Origin: Bacteroidales bacterium
GTDB lineage: Bacteria; Bacteroidota; Bacteroidia; Bacteroidales; UBA932
Length of the DNA stretch: 64,000 bases
NCBI GenBank assembly: GCA_017400135.1
Contig: JAFPVJ010000022.1
Location: 20,433 to 84,432 of the forward strand
Direction of reading: 5' to 3'
The translations under genes were made by a program, and so were the position numbers. The number at the start of each line of letters is the position of its first letter. The stretch's first letter is position 1. Shown here piece after piece: positions 9,901-18,158 of the stretch. The notes beneath the pieces are model-generated. The model did not search any database. It had not been told where the DNA came from and saw only the letters and a list, made by a program, of their open reading frames with translations.

Positions 9901-11497
9901 GGAGGGCAAGCTCAGCGGCGACTTCTCCGTCATCGGCCCGCTGGACCGCCTGTCCCTTTCCAGCCGGGGCGCCCGCCTGGACGACGCCGTCCTTCAGATC
10001 GCCTTCACCAATGTAGCTTACTACCTCAACGGTCCTTTCCATATCGACGACTACGGCATCACCTTCGACGACATTTCCCTCCGGGACCGTTACCGGGGTA
10101 CGGGCACCGTCAGCGGCGGCATCCAATACGACCATCTCAAGGATTTCCGCATGGCGACCGCCATCCGGGTCAACGGGGTGGAAGCTTTCAACACGCAGGA
10201 CGACGGGGAATCTCCCGTCTACGGCAACGTGTCGGCATCCGGCACGGTCAATCTTTCCGGGCCCTTCTCTGCCCTGTGGATGGATATCAATGCCCGCACG
10301 GACGGGGCCGGCACCTTCCACATTCCCCTGCGCAGCAGGGCCGGCGCCTACGGGACCGAACTGCTGACCTTCAAGAAACCCGTGAGCGACGAATGGGTGG
10401 ATCCCTACGAGGAAATGCTCAAGGGTCTGGAAAAGAAAGAAAAGGGCAAAGGCAAGCTGGCGCTGAAGATGCGGGTCAGCGTGCGGCCCGAGGTCCAGTG
10501 TGACCTCGAGCTCGACAAGGAGAGCGGAAATGTCCTCTCCGGCCGCGGCAACGGCACCATCAACCTGGACGTTGGCGGCGAGAAGGCGTTCAACATCACC
10601 GGCGACTATACGCTCAGCGCGGGTGACTTCCATCTCAACGTGATGAACATCGCCTCCAAGAACTTCCAGATCGACGGCGGCAGTTCCATCAAGTTCAACG
10701 GCGACATCATGGACAGCGACCTGGACATCGACGCCCGCTACCAGACCAAGACCTCCCTGGCGAACCTCATCGCAGACAGTACCGCCACCTCCTACCGGAG
10801 AAACGTGGAGTGCCGGCTGAAGGTCTACGACAAGTTGCGGAACCCGCAGTTGTCCTTCTACATCGACATCCCCGACCTCGACCCTTCGACCAAGTCTCAG
10901 GTGGAGAGCGCGCTCAACACCACGGACAAGGTCCAGAAGCAGTTTGTCGCCCTGCTGGTCACCAACAGTTTCCTGCCCAGCGACCAGTCGGGCATCTTCA
11001 ACAACAGCAACATGTTGATGTCCAATATGATGGAAGTCATGTCCGGGCAGCTTAGCAACATCCTCCAGCGCCTGCAGATCCCGCTGGATCTCGGCCTGAA
11101 GTATGCGGAAGGAGAAGGCGGCACCGACCTCTTCGACGTGGCCGTGTCGACCAAGCTCTTCAATGACCGCGTCTCGGTCAACGGCGTGATCGGCAACCGC
11201 CAGTACGCCGCTGATGGCGGCAACCAGGACGTCGTGGGCGACCTGGACGTGGAAATCAAGCTGGACAAGGCGGGAGAGATCCGGCTGAACCTCTTCTCCC
11301 ATTCGGCCGACAAGTATTCCAACTACCTGGACTACAGCCAGCGCAACGGCGTTGGTATCGGCTACCAGCGGGAGTTCAACACTTTCCGCGGCCTGGTCCG
11401 CAGCATCTTCACCAGCAAGAAGAAGCGGCAGGAACTGCAGTCCCAGCCCCGTCCCGAAGAAAAGAAGTCAAGCTTGAAGATCGAAAAAGATGAGTGA
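6989..11497 (+). CDS. tamB: TamB/AsmA-like translocation-assembly module protein; start uncertain (ATC 6989 proposed, first canonical start GTG 7058)
   Basis: About 1500 aa of amphipathic beta repeats with a TamB-type C-terminus (GDLDVEIKL...QRNGVGIGYQREF); the hydrophobic anchor is encoded upstream of 7058. Confidence 0.82.
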   Translation: MAKSKHIVPRILAALLLLLLAGGVLLQSPRVQTALARNLAARLNEGIDGELTIGRVQVLPFKTLILRDVVLTDNDPLSTSFFEPRDTIARIGIATVSFSLKGLTGKKPVTLDKVVVRDGKLNLVTEDHHKTNLKRVFHLSEPKPLEDKGDVLRIKRIEARNFNFTLSNALGKKKPKGHPGINWADLDLKADAKAHDFHITGGKIGGILDDARAKEKSGYSFRNTKGKVEVSRGKVQINDFELTDAESHLNVPLFRMTFDDYRSWDHFVDDVTLEAQLRNSHLGSGTLTGFTGARMPKLEADISKAHFLGTVNDFDLSSFSFREKSGISGGLNGKVSGITHPADSYIDARIQDLQFTTAALGKIIESVAPGKGSAISKYAPGEPFVLDGKLSGPARDLSLTCDLSSPSGGLSGSVKARDLLEKDLPSRLSGSIAVNNFDIGGLLGTDEVKECTLRTWMDASLGKGGVKLGIDSLHIDKAVIHGYEYSNIAGAGTYKDDTFNGRVVCSDPNLNFLFQGLVNLSPKNRNALYKFYFNLGYADLNALGLDKRGPSKASLAVNANFTKTGKDNILGDVDIRNVRLENQEGPHDIGDISIRSFDSNEKQRLTLNSAFADASYTGTLPVTRFIKALADATLGRELPALSGKGTSDTPSSEEGRITLKTYDTRDLLSFVLPGLYIADGTTMNLRLKEDGTLSSDLKSQRIAFKDKYIKNLGLRATDDGEQLLCDLTGEELSAAVKLLGNALQIRADDNRVDLSFGFDNPGEQESNGTIRLACDLDRDADRQLTYDIHVLPSEVVIGGERWGVDSTDISVRQTGVKVPEFVLRNGDQRMEVRGGVSQKGRDTLSVDLNRFNLEPLKALLPSLPDLSGFVSGRARLVSPVTKDRLDLDADLTATETTVSGYDAGTLHLLGLWSNENKEMTFSLQDEIGDQTTLFANGSYRPSNRQLKARARLDSLQAGYASGFLKTVFSKMEGKLSGDFSVIGPLDRLSLSSRGARLDDAVLQIAFTNVAYYLNGPFHIDDYGITFDDISLRDRYRGTGTVSGGIQYDHLKDFRMATAIRVNGVEAFNTQDDGESPVYGNVSASGTVNLSGPFSALWMDINARTDGAGTFHIPLRSRAGAYGTELLTFKKPVSDEWVDPYEEMLKGLEKKEKGKGKLALKMRVSVRPEVQCDLELDKESGNVLSGRGNGTINLDVGGEKAFNITGDYTLSAGDFHLNVMNIASKNFQIDGGSSIKFNGDIMDSDLDIDARYQTKTSLANLIADSTATSYRRNVECRLKVYDKLRNPQLSFYIDIPDLDPSTKSQVESALNTTDKVQKQFVALLVTNSFLPSDQSGIFNNSNMLMSNMMEVMSGQLSNILQRLQIPLDLGLKYAEGEGGTDLFDVAVSTKLFNDRVSVNGVIGNRQYAADGGNQDVVGDLDVEIKLDKAGEIRLNLFSHSADKYSNYLDYSQRNGVGIGYQREFNTFRGLVRSIFTSKKKRQELQSQPRPEEKKSSLKIEKDE

Positions 11498-12200
11498 GAA
11501 AGACAAACTGTACCTGATCCCCTCCCCCTTGGGAGAGAACGATCCCGCGGAGGTGATCCCGGCTCCGGTCCTGGAGAAACTCCGGGACATCCGGGTATTC
11601 GTCGTCGAGGAGTTGCGCACGGCGCGGCGCTACCTGTCCCGGGCCGGACTGAAGGGGCATATCGAGGAGTTGGAATTCCATGTCCTCAACGAGCATACCC
11701 CGGCGTCCGAGGTCGAAGCGATGGCCACCCTTTTCGAGGACGGCCGCGACGTGGGCCTGATCACGGAAGCGGGACTTCCCGCCGTGGCGGATCCCGGGTC
11801 GGCCCTGGTGGCCCTGTGCCACCGGCGCGGCATCCGCGTCGTCCCCTTCGTCGGTCCCTCCTCCCTGATGATGGCCCTGATGGCATCCGGGCTCAACGGG
11901 CAGTCTTTCGCCTTCCAGGGGTACCTGCCGGCGAAGACCGACGAGCGCCGCAGCGCCATCAAGGCCTTGGAAAAGCAATCGGCCGCCCATCACCAAACCC
12001 AGATCTTCATCGAAACCCCTTACCGCAACGACGCGATGATGGAGGACCTGCTGCGCATCTGCGCCCCGGGCACGCGTCTTTGCATCGCGGCCAACATCAC
12101 GATGCCCGACGAGACCATCCTGACCCGTACTGTCGCCGAGTGGCGCAAAAACCCCATAACCTTAGGAAAAAGACCATGCGTATTTCTGATTTTGGCATAA
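11490..12200 (+). CDS. RsmI-like SAM-dependent (tetrapyrrole-methylase family) methyltransferase
   Basis: LYLIPSPLG, EAGLPAVADPG, GPSS, FIETPYRN motifs. Confidence 0.87.
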   Translation: MSEKDKLYLIPSPLGENDPAEVIPAPVLEKLRDIRVFVVEELRTARRYLSRAGLKGHIEELEFHVLNEHTPASEVEAMATLFEDGRDVGLITEAGLPAVADPGSALVALCHRRGIRVVPFVGPSSLMMALMASGLNGQSFAFQGYLPAKTDERRSAIKALEKQSAAHHQTQIFIETPYRNDAMMEDLLRICAPGTRLCIAANITMPDETILTRTVAEWRKNPITLGKRPCVFLILA

Positions 12201-12544
12201 TGGAACTCTCCGGCATGGAGTTCCACGCCTTCCACGGCTGTCTTGAAAGCGAAAAGAAGGAGGGCAACCTCTTCGTCGTGGACTTCAAGGCGCGGTATCA
12301 CCTGGGCGCGGCCGCCCGGAGCGACAGTCTGGAAGATGCGGCCGACTATGCCCGCATTTATGAGATTGTCGCCCGGGAAATGGCGATTCCATCCGACCTG
12401 CTGGAGCACGTGGCGGCACGCATCGCGAAGGCGATCAAGGAAGCGTTCCCCAATGTCTTTACGCGAGTCAGGGTCAGCGTGGCGAAGCGAAATCCGCCCG
12501 TGGGCGGCCCCTGCGCCTGGTCCCGCATCACGGTGCGTATATGA
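12176..12544 (+). CDS. folB: Dihydroneopterin aldolase
   Basis: MEFHAFHGCLESE, DYARIY, LLEHVA, K.NPP; alternative start ATG 12200 overlaps the upstream stop. Confidence 0.92.
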   Translation: MRISDFGIMELSGMEFHAFHGCLESEKKEGNLFVVDFKARYHLGAAARSDSLEDAADYARIYEIVAREMAIPSDLLEHVAARIAKAIKEAFPNVFTRVRVSVAKRNPPVGGPCAWSRITVRI

Positions 12545-13914
12545 ACAGCGTCGCGTTCGTCACCCTGGGCTGCAAGCTCAATTACGCCGAGACGGCGACC
12601 TACGCCCGCGCCTTCAAGGCTGCGGGGTTCGAGGTTGTGCCGTGGAGCCGGGGGGCGGACCTGTTCGTGGTCAATACCTGCAGCGTCACGGCGACTTCGG
12701 ACAGCAAGTCGCGGAGCGCCATCCGCAAACTCCACCGCATCCGCCCGGACGCGCCCATCGTGGTGACGGGCTGCTACGCGGAGTTGCGTCGCGAGGAGGT
12801 GGCAGCCATCGAGGGCGTCGCGCTGGTCTTCGGCGCCGCCGAGAAAGCGCGCCTCGTCCCCGATACGCTCGCACATTTTAGCGCCATCTCAGGGCCGTCC
12901 CGGGCGGGGGCTGCACCTGGAAACGCCTCACTGCGTTCGGCCCCACCGTTCGCTAAGCTCACGGTCCCCCCTCTTATGTTGCCGAGGGTGGCACAGTTTC
13001 CTGGCACAGCCCCCGCCCAGGACAGCCAGCCAACGTCCGACGTTTTCGGGGCCTACAGCATTGGCGGGCGCACCCGCTCCTTCCTGAAAGTCCAGGACGG
13101 CTGCGACAACTTCTGCGCCTACTGCACCGTCCCCTACGCCCGTGGCCGCAGCCGTAACCTCCCCATCTGCGAAGTCGTCCGCGCCGCCCGCGAAATCGCC
13201 GCATCCGGCGCCCGCGAAATCGTCCTCACCGGCGTCAACACCGGCGACTTCGGCCGCAGCACCGGCGAAAGCTTCCTCGACCTCCTCAAGGCCCTCAATG
13301 AGGTCGAAGGCATCGAGCGCTACCGCATCTCCTCCATCGAGCCCAACCTCATCACCGAAGAGATCGTCGACTGGATCGCCTCCGGCACCAAGTTCCTCCC
13401 CCACTTCCACATTCCCCTGCAGACCGGATCCGACGTCCAGCTGAAGCGCATGGGCCGCAAATACACCACCGCCTTCTTCCGCGAGCGCATCGAATACATC
13501 CGCGCCCGCATGGAAGGCCCCGGACGCCCGAAAGTATTCTTCGGCATTGACGTGATGGTCGGCCTGCCCGGCGAAACGCCCGAACTGTTCGAGGAAACGC
13601 GTGCCTTCATCGAATCCGTCCGGCCCTCCTTCATCCACATATTCCCCTATTCCCGCCGGCCCGGCACGCGTGCGGCCCAGTGGCCCGACCAGGTCCCGGA
13701 GGCCGTCAAGGACGAGCGCGTCAAGGTCCTGGAGGCCCTCTGCGACCGCCTGCACGCCGAGTTCGTCGAAGCGAACCGCGGGATCTGCGAGAGAGTACTC
13801 TGGGAATCAAAAGAGAAAGACAGCACCATGTCCGGTTTCACCGGCAACTACATCAAGGTATCCCGTCCCTACGATCCCGCCCTCAGCGGCACCGTCACGG
13901 AAGTTATCCTTTAG
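12541..13914 (+). CDS. mtaB: tRNA ms2t6A37 methylthiotransferase MtaB (MiaB-like radical SAM) carrying an in-frame palindromic insert
   Basis: TLGCKLNYAET, NTCSVT, TGCYA, KVQDGCDNFCAYC (CxxxCxxC), HIFPYSRRPGT. Confidence 0.92.
   Translation: MNSVAFVTLGCKLNYAETATYARAFKAAGFEVVPWSRGADLFVVNTCSVTATSDSKSRSAIRKLHRIRPDAPIVVTGCYAELRREEVAAIEGVALVFGAAEKARLVPDTLAHFSAISGPSRAGAAPGNASLRSAPPFAKLTVPPLMLPRVAQFPGTAPAQDSQPTSDVFGAYSIGGRTRSFLKVQDGCDNFCAYCTVPYARGRSRNLPICEVVRAAREIAASGAREIVLTGVNTGDFGRSTGESFLDLLKALNEVEGIERYRISSIEPNLITEEIVDWIASGTKFLPHFHIPLQTGSDVQLKRMGRKYTTAFFRERIEYIRARMEGPGRPKVFFGIDVMVGLPGETPELFEETRAFIESVRPSFIHIFPYSRRPGTRAAQWPDQVPEAVKDERVKVLEALCDRLHAEFVEANRGICERVLWESKEKDSTMSGFTGNYIKVSRPYDPALSGTVTEVIL
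12893..13027 (-). mobile_element. 135-bp palindromic (MITE/RPE-like) element inserted in frame in mtaB
   Basis: 32-bp imperfect terminal inverted repeats (12893-12924 and 12996-13027, 27/32 identical) enclosing three small hairpins; length is a multiple of 3; encodes an atypical Pro/Ala-rich peptide. Confidence 0.75.
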
Positions 13915-15712
13915 AAGAAACCCGATCCAGGATTTCAGCGATGTCCTGCACCGCCCGGTCGGCATAGCGGCTGAAAGTCGCCAGGCACAGCGGACATGCT
14001 GTTGCAATGGCGTCCGGCCCGCCTTCGGTCAGATGTTTCAAGGCATTGCGCGTCATGTCCTCCCGCTGCGCGAAACCCAGGGTCAGCGAACCCAGGGAAC
14101 CGCCGCAGCAGATGCTCTCGGCACGGTTGGGTTCCGACTCCACGAGGTATCCGGCCCGGCCGAGGATGCGGCGCGGCTGCTCATAGATGCCCGAGCCGCG
14201 GCCCAACTCGCAAGGGTCGTGGAAGACATAGCGGATGTCACCCTTCTCCACGTGAAGCGCCCCCGTCTGGATGAGTTCCTCGAAGAATTCCGCGGTATGG
14301 ACCACCCGCACGCCTTCGAGCTTGTAGCGCTCCTTGAATATCTTATAGCAGATGGGACAGGAAAGCAGCAGGGTGTCGCAGCCGCTCGCGCGAATCAGCT
14401 CGCTGTTCTGCCGGATCAGCTGTTTGGCCTGCACGAAACGGCCAGCCGTCATCAGGGGACGTCCGCAGCAGAGGCCGCCGTCCTTATCCATTATCTCCCA
14501 GTCCAGACCCGCCTTGTCCAGCACGGAACCGACCGCCTTGGAGATGCGCGGCGTCAGTTGGGTCATGCAGCCGGCGAAATAGAGCAACTTGTGCCCGGCG
14601 GGCGCCGGCGCGGGACGGAAGGAGGTATAGTCCTGATTCAGGCCGTATGAGCGCATGGCGCGCTGGGCAATGCGGATCGAAGGACCGTCCAGACCGATCT
14701 GGCAGACTTCGCGGCACTTGCCGCACAGCAGGCACTTGTCGGAGATCTGCTCGATGCGTTCCTCGTTGCCCCGGCGGATGTTGCGGTTGAGATAGACGGT
14801 CGTGTCCTTGAGATTGATCTTCTTGACGCTCATCGGGCAGGCGTCGATGCAGACGCCGCAGTTCGGGCAGGACCAGACCATCGCCCGCGTGAAGCCGCGC
14901 CGCGCATGCTTGATCTTGAGTCCTGCGTTGCGCATCGGGATCAGCATCATTTCCGCAGGAATGTGCATGTAGCGGGTGAACGGGAGCACGCACATGAAGA
15001 TGCACAGGGCGATCGAATACGCCCACCAGGTCGGCAGCATGTGGAGCTGATCGCCCAGGAACTGGCGGAACACCCAGTTGAGCGGCGTGATCAGGAAGCC
15101 GCCGCCGCTGATGTGGGCGGTGAAGCCCTCGGCCAGCAGGCGCAGCGGGAAAATGGCCCAGAGGGAATAGAGTCCCACCCGGTCCAGGAAGGATGGACGG
15201 GTCGTGCGGCGCATGCCGAAGATGCGCGAGCGCACGCGTTTGATCATGGCCAGGGCGATACCGCTCAACACGACCAGGAGGAAGAAATCCATCAGGGTGA
15301 ATAGCAGCGCACCTTGCACCGTCGCCGGACCAGGCCCCTCGGCCACGAAATAGTTGAAGAAGATCGGGTACCAGACCTGCCGCATCCGGTGCGGCACGAA
15401 CAGCATGACCTCGATGTGGCCCAGCACGATCAGCATGAACCAGCCGAAGGCAATGCTGGAGTGCATGTAACCCAGCACGGGATTGCGTTTCCAGAGCTTG
15501 ACGTGCAGCAGACAGTTTAGGAAGATGTCCTTAATGTTCTTCCAGGCCGTGACGGGATTGATCAGCGAAAGCAGGAAACGCCGCCGGTCCTCGTGCGAAA
15601 GCTGGAGCAGGATCTTGACGATACCGTACAGGCAGTAGCCCAGCACGAAGATCATGCCGAAGAGGAACGGCAGCACGAAAGGATGGAATCCAGAGGCGAC
15701 GCGATCGATCAT
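13904..15712 (-). CDS. Membrane-bound Fe-S oxidoreductase: multi-TM domain + 2x[4Fe-4S] + two CCG domains (HdrE/HdrD- or HdrF-like)
   Basis: Several TM helices with His residues; CPNCGVCIDACP and CLLCGKCREVC; CCGRP...SCPIC and HDPC...CCGG...ACPLC. Confidence 0.85.
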   Translation of the reverse strand: MIDRVASGFHPFVLPFLFGMIFVLGYCLYGIVKILLQLSHEDRRRFLLSLINPVTAWKNIKDIFLNCLLHVKLWKRNPVLGYMHSSIAFGWFMLIVLGHIEVMLFVPHRMRQVWYPIFFNYFVAEGPGPATVQGALLFTLMDFFLLVVLSGIALAMIKRVRSRIFGMRRTTRPSFLDRVGLYSLWAIFPLRLLAEGFTAHISGGGFLITPLNWVFRQFLGDQLHMLPTWWAYSIALCIFMCVLPFTRYMHIPAEMMLIPMRNAGLKIKHARRGFTRAMVWSCPNCGVCIDACPMSVKKINLKDTTVYLNRNIRRGNEERIEQISDKCLLCGKCREVCQIGLDGPSIRIAQRAMRSYGLNQDYTSFRPAPAPAGHKLLYFAGCMTQLTPRISKAVGSVLDKAGLDWEIMDKDGGLCCGRPLMTAGRFVQAKQLIRQNSELIRASGCDTLLLSCPICYKIFKERYKLEGVRVVHTAEFFEELIQTGALHVEKGDIRYVFHDPCELGRGSGIYEQPRRILGRAGYLVESEPNRAESICCGGSLGSLTLGFAQREDMTRNALKHLTEGGPDAIATACPLCLATFSRYADRAVQDIAEILDRVSSKG

Positions 15713-16053
15713 TTCCCTTCCTCCTTCGCTTTAGTGCCGTAGATCCTGCACAGGGACAGGATCAGATGGCGGGTGTTGATGCCCCGGGGGCAGACCATCG
15801 TGCATTTGCCGCAGAGCATGCAGCCGGAGAGCATTTTCGCAGCCTCCTTCTCTTTCCCCCGCTGCAGGTCGAGGATGACCTTCCGCACGCTCATGCCCGT
15901 GAAGGGAGCGGCCGTGCAGGTGGCGCTGCAGCTTCCGCAGGCCATGCAGATGCGCAGGTCCGGCTCGATGGCGGCGAGACGCTCGTACAGGCTCAGGTCG
16001 ACCTGGTCCAGGTTGACCGCAGAAGAGGGAGAAAGCTTGAAACCGAATTCCAT
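15709..16053 (-). CDS. Small HdrC-like 2x[4Fe-4S] protein (114 aa)
   Basis: MEFGFKL start at ATG 16053; CMACGSCSATC and CMLCGKCTMVCPRG; start and stop overlap both neighbours. Confidence 0.87.
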   Translation of the reverse strand: MEFGFKLSPSSAVNLDQVDLSLYERLAAIEPDLRICMACGSCSATCTAAPFTGMSVRKVILDLQRGKEKEAAKMLSGCMLCGKCTMVCPRGINTRHLILSLCRIYGTKAKEEGK

Positions 16054-17075
16054 CACTTGCCTTCCGTCAGATAAAGATGAATGTCCAGGGCGGCCGAATT
16101 GGCCTCCGCGATCGTTTCCGGGACGGTCTTGGTCCCGGTGCAGGCGCCGGCCAGGAAAAGACCCTTGCGCCCGGAGGAAACGATGTGGGAAATGTTGTCC
16201 TTGCTGCGCAGGAAGCCGTCGGAGTCCAGGTCGATGCCCAGGGAGGTGGCGATGGGGTTGATCGTGGCATTGCAGACCATTCCGGACATCAGCACGAGTA
16301 GGTCGAGCGTGACCTTGACCGGCTTGCCGGAGAGCGTATCCTCCGCCTTGACGATCACCCTTCCGTCCAGACCCTCGCTCACTTCGGAGACGCGGCCGCG
16401 GATGAAATGGATGCCGTAATCCTTTTGGGCATTGATGTAGAAGTCTTCGTATTTCTTGCCGAAGAGGCGCAGGTCCATGTAGAAGCACCAGATTTCGGCA
16501 TCCGGGAATTTCTCCTTCAACTCGATCGCCTGCTTGATGGCGGTGACGCAGCAGACCTTGGAGCACTGCGTGTTGCCAGCCTTGACGTCGCGCGAACCGA
16601 CGCAATGCACGAAGCCCGCCCGTTTGACTTCGTGACCGTTCAGGCGGGGATCGTCGCCCGTGGTGAACCAGCGCTCCAAGTCGCGGTTGGTCAGGACCTG
16701 GTCGTAGATGCCGTAGCCGTATTCTTCCTTCTTGGTGGCGTCGAAGAGATTGAAGCCCGTCGCAATCAGCACGGCCTGGGCCTGGATGCTCACGCCGTTG
16801 TTCAGCATCACGATGTATGTATCGTGCAGGCGGTTGATGAAGAGGACGCGCGTGCTAAGGAAGATATTGGCGGCGCTGACCTCTTCGGCGAGCCGCTGGA
16901 CGATGTCCTGGGCAGGGGCCATGTCCGGGAAGAGCTTGTGCCATTCCGCGACATGTCCGCCAAGGTGGTCGGACTCCTCCACGATAATGGGCGTGTAGCC
17001 GAGACGAAGCAGCCGGGAGGCCGCCGTCATGCCGGCGATACCGCCGCCGATGATTACGATATTGTCCTTGCTCAT
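16053..17075 (-). CDS. hdrA: Short HdrA-like flavoprotein
   Basis: IIGGGIAG FAD motif; HCVGSRD...CSKVCC (C-X12-C-X3-CC); FYMDLR; LAGACTG; lacks the ferredoxin insert of methanogen HdrA. Confidence 0.85.
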   Translation of the reverse strand: MSKDNIVIIGGGIAGMTAASRLLRLGYTPIIVEESDHLGGHVAEWHKLFPDMAPAQDIVQRLAEEVSAANIFLSTRVLFINRLHDTYIVMLNNGVSIQAQAVLIATGFNLFDATKKEEYGYGIYDQVLTNRDLERWFTTGDDPRLNGHEVKRAGFVHCVGSRDVKAGNTQCSKVCCVTAIKQAIELKEKFPDAEIWCFYMDLRLFGKKYEDFYINAQKDYGIHFIRGRVSEVSEGLDGRVIVKAEDTLSGKPVKVTLDLLVLMSGMVCNATINPIATSLGIDLDSDGFLRSKDNISHIVSSGRKGLFLAGACTGTKTVPETIAEANSAALDIHLYLTEGK

Positions 17076-17081
17076 CTGTGT

Positions 17082-18152
17082 CTAGAAGCATTTGAGGTTC
17101 TGCGGCAGGCCCGGACGCAGGATGTCCTTCTTGTCCAGGCCCTTGTATTTTGCTGACGGGTCGTATTCGATGCCGATCTTGTCCAGGAAGGGCTCCACGG
17201 CCACCTGATGCAACTGAAGTCCCAGGTCCCAGGGATCGTAGCCCAGCACCAGGCCCGCCAGTTCCTCGTAGGTGAAGACGGGTATTCCAAAGCCGTCCCG
17301 CCCGTAGGTCTTGCCGGTCTGCTCGGCAATCACGTACTGCCAGCGGTCCAGGAAGTAGGGACAGCCCGGGCAGTTGGTGATGATGGCATCGGGATGGTAG
17401 GGCTCCATCGACTCGAACTTCTTGTGCGTATTGGACAGGGAATAGCCCCGGTTGGCCTGGACGTGGTACTGGCGGAAACCATAGCCGCAGCAGTGGCGGC
17501 GTTCGGGATAGTCAATCACCTGGCCTCCCCAGGCCTCGATCATGCCGCTCAGCACGCAGGGATATTCGGCGCCGCCGACGCCCTTGTGCGGGAACATCTT
17601 GGCATAGTGGCAGCCGATGTGCTCGACGATGCGCAGGGGCTCGCCGGTCTCCTTGTCCACCAGGCGGAAACGGCCCTTGGCCGCAATCTCGCCCCGGAAC
17701 TTATAGATCAGGTCGCTGGAGTGCGCGAGGTATTTGGGCTTCTTGAATTCCTTTTTGCAGGCCTTCCAGAGCAACTCGCGGATCTTCGTTTCCAGTTCGG
17801 GGAACTCGTGCCAGGTCTCCAGGATCTCGGCATAGTTGCCGAAAGAAGTGATGCAGGAGGCGACATAGTTCTCGTAGCCGGCCTCCGTCATCAATGCGAA
17901 CTGTCGGGCCACGATGGTCATCACGGTCTCCTGCGGAATGGTGTCGCAATGATAGGCGATGCCGCCGCAGGTCGTATGACTGGGGGTCTCGTAAATGTCT
18001 TTGCCGAGGACGTTTCGGGTAATTTCGGTGAACATCCGCTCGGAAGCCGGGAAGAAGTTCTGCCGGATACAGCTGCGCACGTAATACCAGTGATCGTCGG
18101 GGATCTCCTTCTGGTACTCGGACCAAATCTTTTGTTTTCCCTGGTAGATCAT
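17082..18152 (-). CDS. hdrB: HdrB-like CCG-domain subunit
   Basis: HIGCH...HCCGYG...NCPGC domain plus a degenerate N-terminal domain (SC...TCGG...SCITS). Confidence 0.85.
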   Translation of the reverse strand: MIYQGKQKIWSEYQKEIPDDHWYYVRSCIRQNFFPASERMFTEITRNVLGKDIYETPSHTTCGGIAYHCDTIPQETVMTIVARQFALMTEAGYENYVASCITSFGNYAEILETWHEFPELETKIRELLWKACKKEFKKPKYLAHSSDLIYKFRGEIAAKGRFRLVDKETGEPLRIVEHIGCHYAKMFPHKGVGGAEYPCVLSGMIEAWGGQVIDYPERRHCCGYGFRQYHVQANRGYSLSNTHKKFESMEPYHPDAIITNCPGCPYFLDRWQYVIAEQTGKTYGRDGFGIPVFTYEELAGLVLGYDPWDLGLQLHQVAVEPFLDKIGIEYDPSAKYKGLDKKDILRPGLPQNLKCF

Positions 18153-18158
18153 GACGCG

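Noticed and set aside
11816-12175. Long N-terminal extensions in the ORF track (folB, mnmA, tsaD, susC, small hdrC, GDPD, amide hydrolase) suggesting fusions or frameshifts
   Set aside because: They overlap neighbouring genes or promoters, and each protein has a sensible downstream ATG where family similarity begins.
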